This document shows, in pieces, positions 61,556 through 64,000 of a DNA stretch of 64,000 bases (the first letter of the stretch is position 1; the number at the start of each line of letters is the position of its first letter). Location: IMG/VR virus record IMGVR_UViG_3300008516_000204, positions 32,001 through 96,000 of that record; one strand, given 5' to 3'. The stretch is from a virus. Under the pieces are notes generated by a model. It was not told the origin of the DNA, did not search any database, and saw only the letters and a list, made by a program, of their open reading frames with translations. A program made the position numbers and the translations under genes.

Positions 61556-62044
61556 TTAAACTTCATCCCATTGGAATAATAAAGTCTTTTGATTTACTGC
61601 TCCTGCTGGCGTAGCTGCTGTAGTCTGCAATTGCTGAACTACATACTCAGTATAATTATCCCCAGGTCCAGTGATAGTCAAGGCTACACCATCACTTGCA
61701 TGAATAACTGTAGAACCTGGCTCATCTGTTCCTATCAAAGCACCACCAGTATCTGTAGCAACTGGAACAACCCAAGTATTAGTTACTCTAATCTTTATGG
61801 TTTCACCAGTCTTGTAATTGCCAGCGGACTTCCAATATTTCATATTGCTAATGGTTGTATATGTCCCACTAAATTTTACTCGCAGATATTTCTCATATGA
61901 GTTCTCATTAGCAGTAATCGGGTAACTCGAAACAGGTGATAACTCATGATCATCCACATTACCAAAATTCAGATTAGCAATATCATCAGTAACAGATTCA
62001 CCAGCAACATCATTGGATTCCGAAAAAACAACTGTAGCTCCCAT
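61556..62044 (-). CDS. Putative structural (tail) protein
   Basis: Beta-rich; NSYEKYLR.KF...ISN.KYW; ends F.WDE. Confidence 0.5.
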   Translation of the reverse strand: MGATVVFSESNDVAGESVTDDIANLNFGNVDDHELSPVSSYPITANENSYEKYLRVKFSGTYTTISNMKYWKSAGNYKTGETIKIRVTNTWVVPVATDTGGALIGTDEPGSTVIHASDGVALTITGPGDNYTEYVVQQLQTTAATPAGAVNQKTLLFQWDEV

Positions 62045-62047
62045 CTT

Positions 62048-62434
62048 TTACTCGCCTCCTCTCCATCCATTCAAAATAGGTCTTCCATAGAATTCCTTCC
62101 CTCTTGGACACTTGTATTTTTTTACATCTCCATACTTATATTTTCCATTAACTATCTCAATGCTTATTTCATAGGCTGTTACTATATTTCCTTTGGAGCC
62201 TACTACAAAGACTTTCTCTATCTTATTTGTTACTTTAAAATTGCCATAAATATCTATTGAATATTCAGTAATAATAATGTACTCAGAAAAATCTTCTAAA
62301 ATAATGGTTTTATTTGGTAGCAGATACTCTACTTTTGTAATTGCTTTCTTAGGTACAAATCGCCAATCCAAATTCTCGATGGGATTGTTATTCTCATAAA
62401 CTGAATTATCTGAAAAATATACCTTATAAGTCAT
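62048..62434 (-). CDS. Hypothetical virion-module protein
   Basis: Y.VYFSD N-terminus; translationally coupled within the operon. Confidence 0.5.
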   Translation of the reverse strand: MTYKVYFSDNSVYENNNPIENLDWRFVPKKAITKVEYLLPNKTIILEDFSEYIIITEYSIDIYGNFKVTNKIEKVFVVGSKGNIVTAYEISIEIVNGKYKYGDVKKYKCPRGKEFYGRPILNGWRGGE

Positions 62435-63063
62435 TAGATCACCGCAAACCTTATTGTAATTACTGGTGTTTCAACAAAAGGAGTCGGATATGCTGCTGAA
62501 ATATTCCAGTGTAAATTAAAATAAAGATTACCTCCACCACCTGGTACAGCTCCTCCATTATTTAGACCTATAACATTTAGACCAGCAATTGGACTCCCAA
62601 CCCAATTAGATCCTGGAGAACTAAAAGTGGTAGCTATCCCATTCAACATACTATTATCTGGATTACCACTTCCTAAACAATTAAGATCTGCTAGTACATG
62701 GCTATTAGTATTCCAAGCTTCGAGAGTCGGTTCGGTAGCTGTCTCACCATCAAAATAAGCGTTAAAAACATATCTATAATTGCCACTATTAGCCATAAAG
62801 ATTTCTTTCAGTTCTGCCCCTACTTCAGAAACATCTAATAAGAAAGTATGGGGAATTTCTTGCTCGCTTGAAGAAAACTGCATAGAAGCATTAGTTAGTT
62901 CCAAATCAGTTGGGGTACCTTCTCCATCCGCTACCTCGCTACTTCCCTTAGAGAAAATGAGCTTATCGGCAGCTAAATTCACCAAAACATAATCAGATTC
63001 GTTCCCAGGATATTCATTATCATTATTTGTAACATTAACTCTGATAATACAAGTAGTTGCCAT
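62434..63063 (-). CDS. Putative structural (tail) protein
   Basis: Beta-rich, acidic; EP.LEAW motif; downstream of the tape-measure-like gene. Confidence 0.5.
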   Translation of the reverse strand: MATTCIIRVNVTNNDNEYPGNESDYVLVNLAADKLIFSKGSSEVADGEGTPTDLELTNASMQFSSSEQEIPHTFLLDVSEVGAELKEIFMANSGNYRYVFNAYFDGETATEPTLEAWNTNSHVLADLNCLGSGNPDNSMLNGIATTFSSPGSNWVGSPIAGLNVIGLNNGGAVPGGGGNLYFNLHWNISAAYPTPFVETPVITIRFAVI

Positions 63064-63416
63064 TACTCTCCACTCCTTCTAAATATCGCTGTAAAAGATG
63101 TAAAATTTTTATAGTCTCCACCAGATGAAATACTAACAAAAAGGGTGTTAGGATAATCAAGTCCATTAACTGTCAAAGTAGCTAAACCAGAGCCAAAAGA
63201 CAGAGGCAGCGTCTTGAAGTACTGTTCAAAGTTTGCCCTCGTAGTTTTTGTAACATAAGCATGAACAGTAAGAATTTGCTCTCCTCCACCTCTTCTGCGA
63301 ATTATACATCCATCTGCTCTAGGTATTTTCTTTACTTCCAGCTCATTTGAAAAACTATTTTCTAACCAAGCAAAGTCTCCAATATTGATACTGTTAAAAG
63401 TAGCATTAGGAGTCAT
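63063..63416 (-). CDS. Putative distal tail-type protein
   Basis: IPRADG motif; immediately after the tape-measure-like gene. Confidence 0.4.
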   Translation of the reverse strand: MTPNATFNSINIGDFAWLENSFSNELEVKKIPRADGCIIRRRGGGEQILTVHAYVTKTTRANFEQYFKTLPLSFGSGLATLTVNGLDYPNTLFVSISSGGDYKNFTSFTAIFRRSGE

Positions 63417-64000
63417 TATTCAACCTCTCCAGGTAGTTGATTTCCAATAAAATGTCCTGTTTCCCTTTCCTCACCTATTATTTTCTTCCTAGCCCTTTCA
63501 AGCTCTTCTTTCAAAATTCTATTTCTCTCGTTACTTCGATTAGTTGCCACTACAACCCCATCTATAAATTTAATGAAAGTTTCATTAAGTAATCTATCTA
63601 AAACAGCTTCTTCTTTTATAACCTCGGTTGCTTCCTCTACGCTTTTTTTGACATCTTCACGAACTTCTTCAGGTGGGGTAGGCTCAATAGGAGCACCAGC
63701 CACTGGAGGCAATCCTGCCTGTCTTACTTCTCTTTGCCTCTCAAGTTCTCGACCAGTTTCATACCAAGCAGCCCTTGCAGATTCAAGTTCCATAGCTGCA
63801 TTTCTAATAACTTCTGTAAGTCCTTCAAATGGCTTAATCTCTGGGGCTAATCCCAAAGTCATTATCTTCTGAAGAGTATTAAGGGGTCCTATTAAATACT
63901 CATCAAAAATTTGCCTTATTTTCAAAGCACCTAACTTAAAGTTTGCTATAAATACCCGCCAACCAGTTATCATATTTGTAAACCAGTCGGTAACTATATC
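63416..64000 (-). CDS. C-terminus of a probable tape measure protein (truncated)
   Basis: Frame stays open to the window end (DIVTDWFTNMITGW...); helical; upstream of the tail-tip genes. Confidence 0.5.
   Translation of the reverse strand, partial: DIVTDWFTNMITGWRVFIANFKLGALKIRQIFDEYLIGPLNTLQKIMTLGLAPEIKPFEGLTEVIRNAAMELESARAAWYETGRELERQREVRQAGLPPVAGAPIEPTPPEEVREDVKKSVEEATEVIKEEAVLDRLLNETFIKFIDGVVVATNRSNERNRILKEELERARKKIIGEERETGHFIGNQLPGEVE

Noticed and set aside
1-64000. tRNA/rRNA genes, integrase or att sites
   Set aside because: None recognised. Intergenic space is minimal and no cloverleaf or recombinase motifs were seen.

Overview
The window is a 64-kb, gene-dense, AT-rich segment of a large tailed dsDNA bacteriophage, truncated at both ends. 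No integrase, host housekeeping block, tRNA, rRNA or CRISPR array is visible. Positions 1-53760 are one + strand arm. It carries replication and recombination genes (DnaG-DnaB primase-helicase, UDG-PolA fusion, SSB-like, RecA, SbcCD, three nucleases/resolvases, Cas4-like), a sigma factor, putative TerS and an intein-containing TerL, five DNA methyltransferases and glycosylation enzymes. It also carries an unusually complete protein-processing set: Def, Map, M17 aminopeptidase, ClpP, a trypsin-like protease and two transglutaminase-like proteases. Positions 53757-64000 are a convergent - strand tail/lysis arm. Highlights: (1) a phage copy of the PVC-superphylum signature small basic protein, suggesting a PVC (possibly Omnitrophota) host; (2) a full N-terminal maturation/proteolysis pathway; (3) a 1027-aa four-enzyme glycosyl/methyltransferase; (4) four free-standing endonucleases built from shuffled shared modules; (5) two Gly-Asn-ending LAGLIDADG inteins; (6) three single in-frame stops and other lesions in accessory genes; (7) apparent absence of CCGG; (8) a TM plus C-terminal beta-strand protein that may be an unconventional spanin. 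All family calls come from motif recognition by eye; no searches were run.
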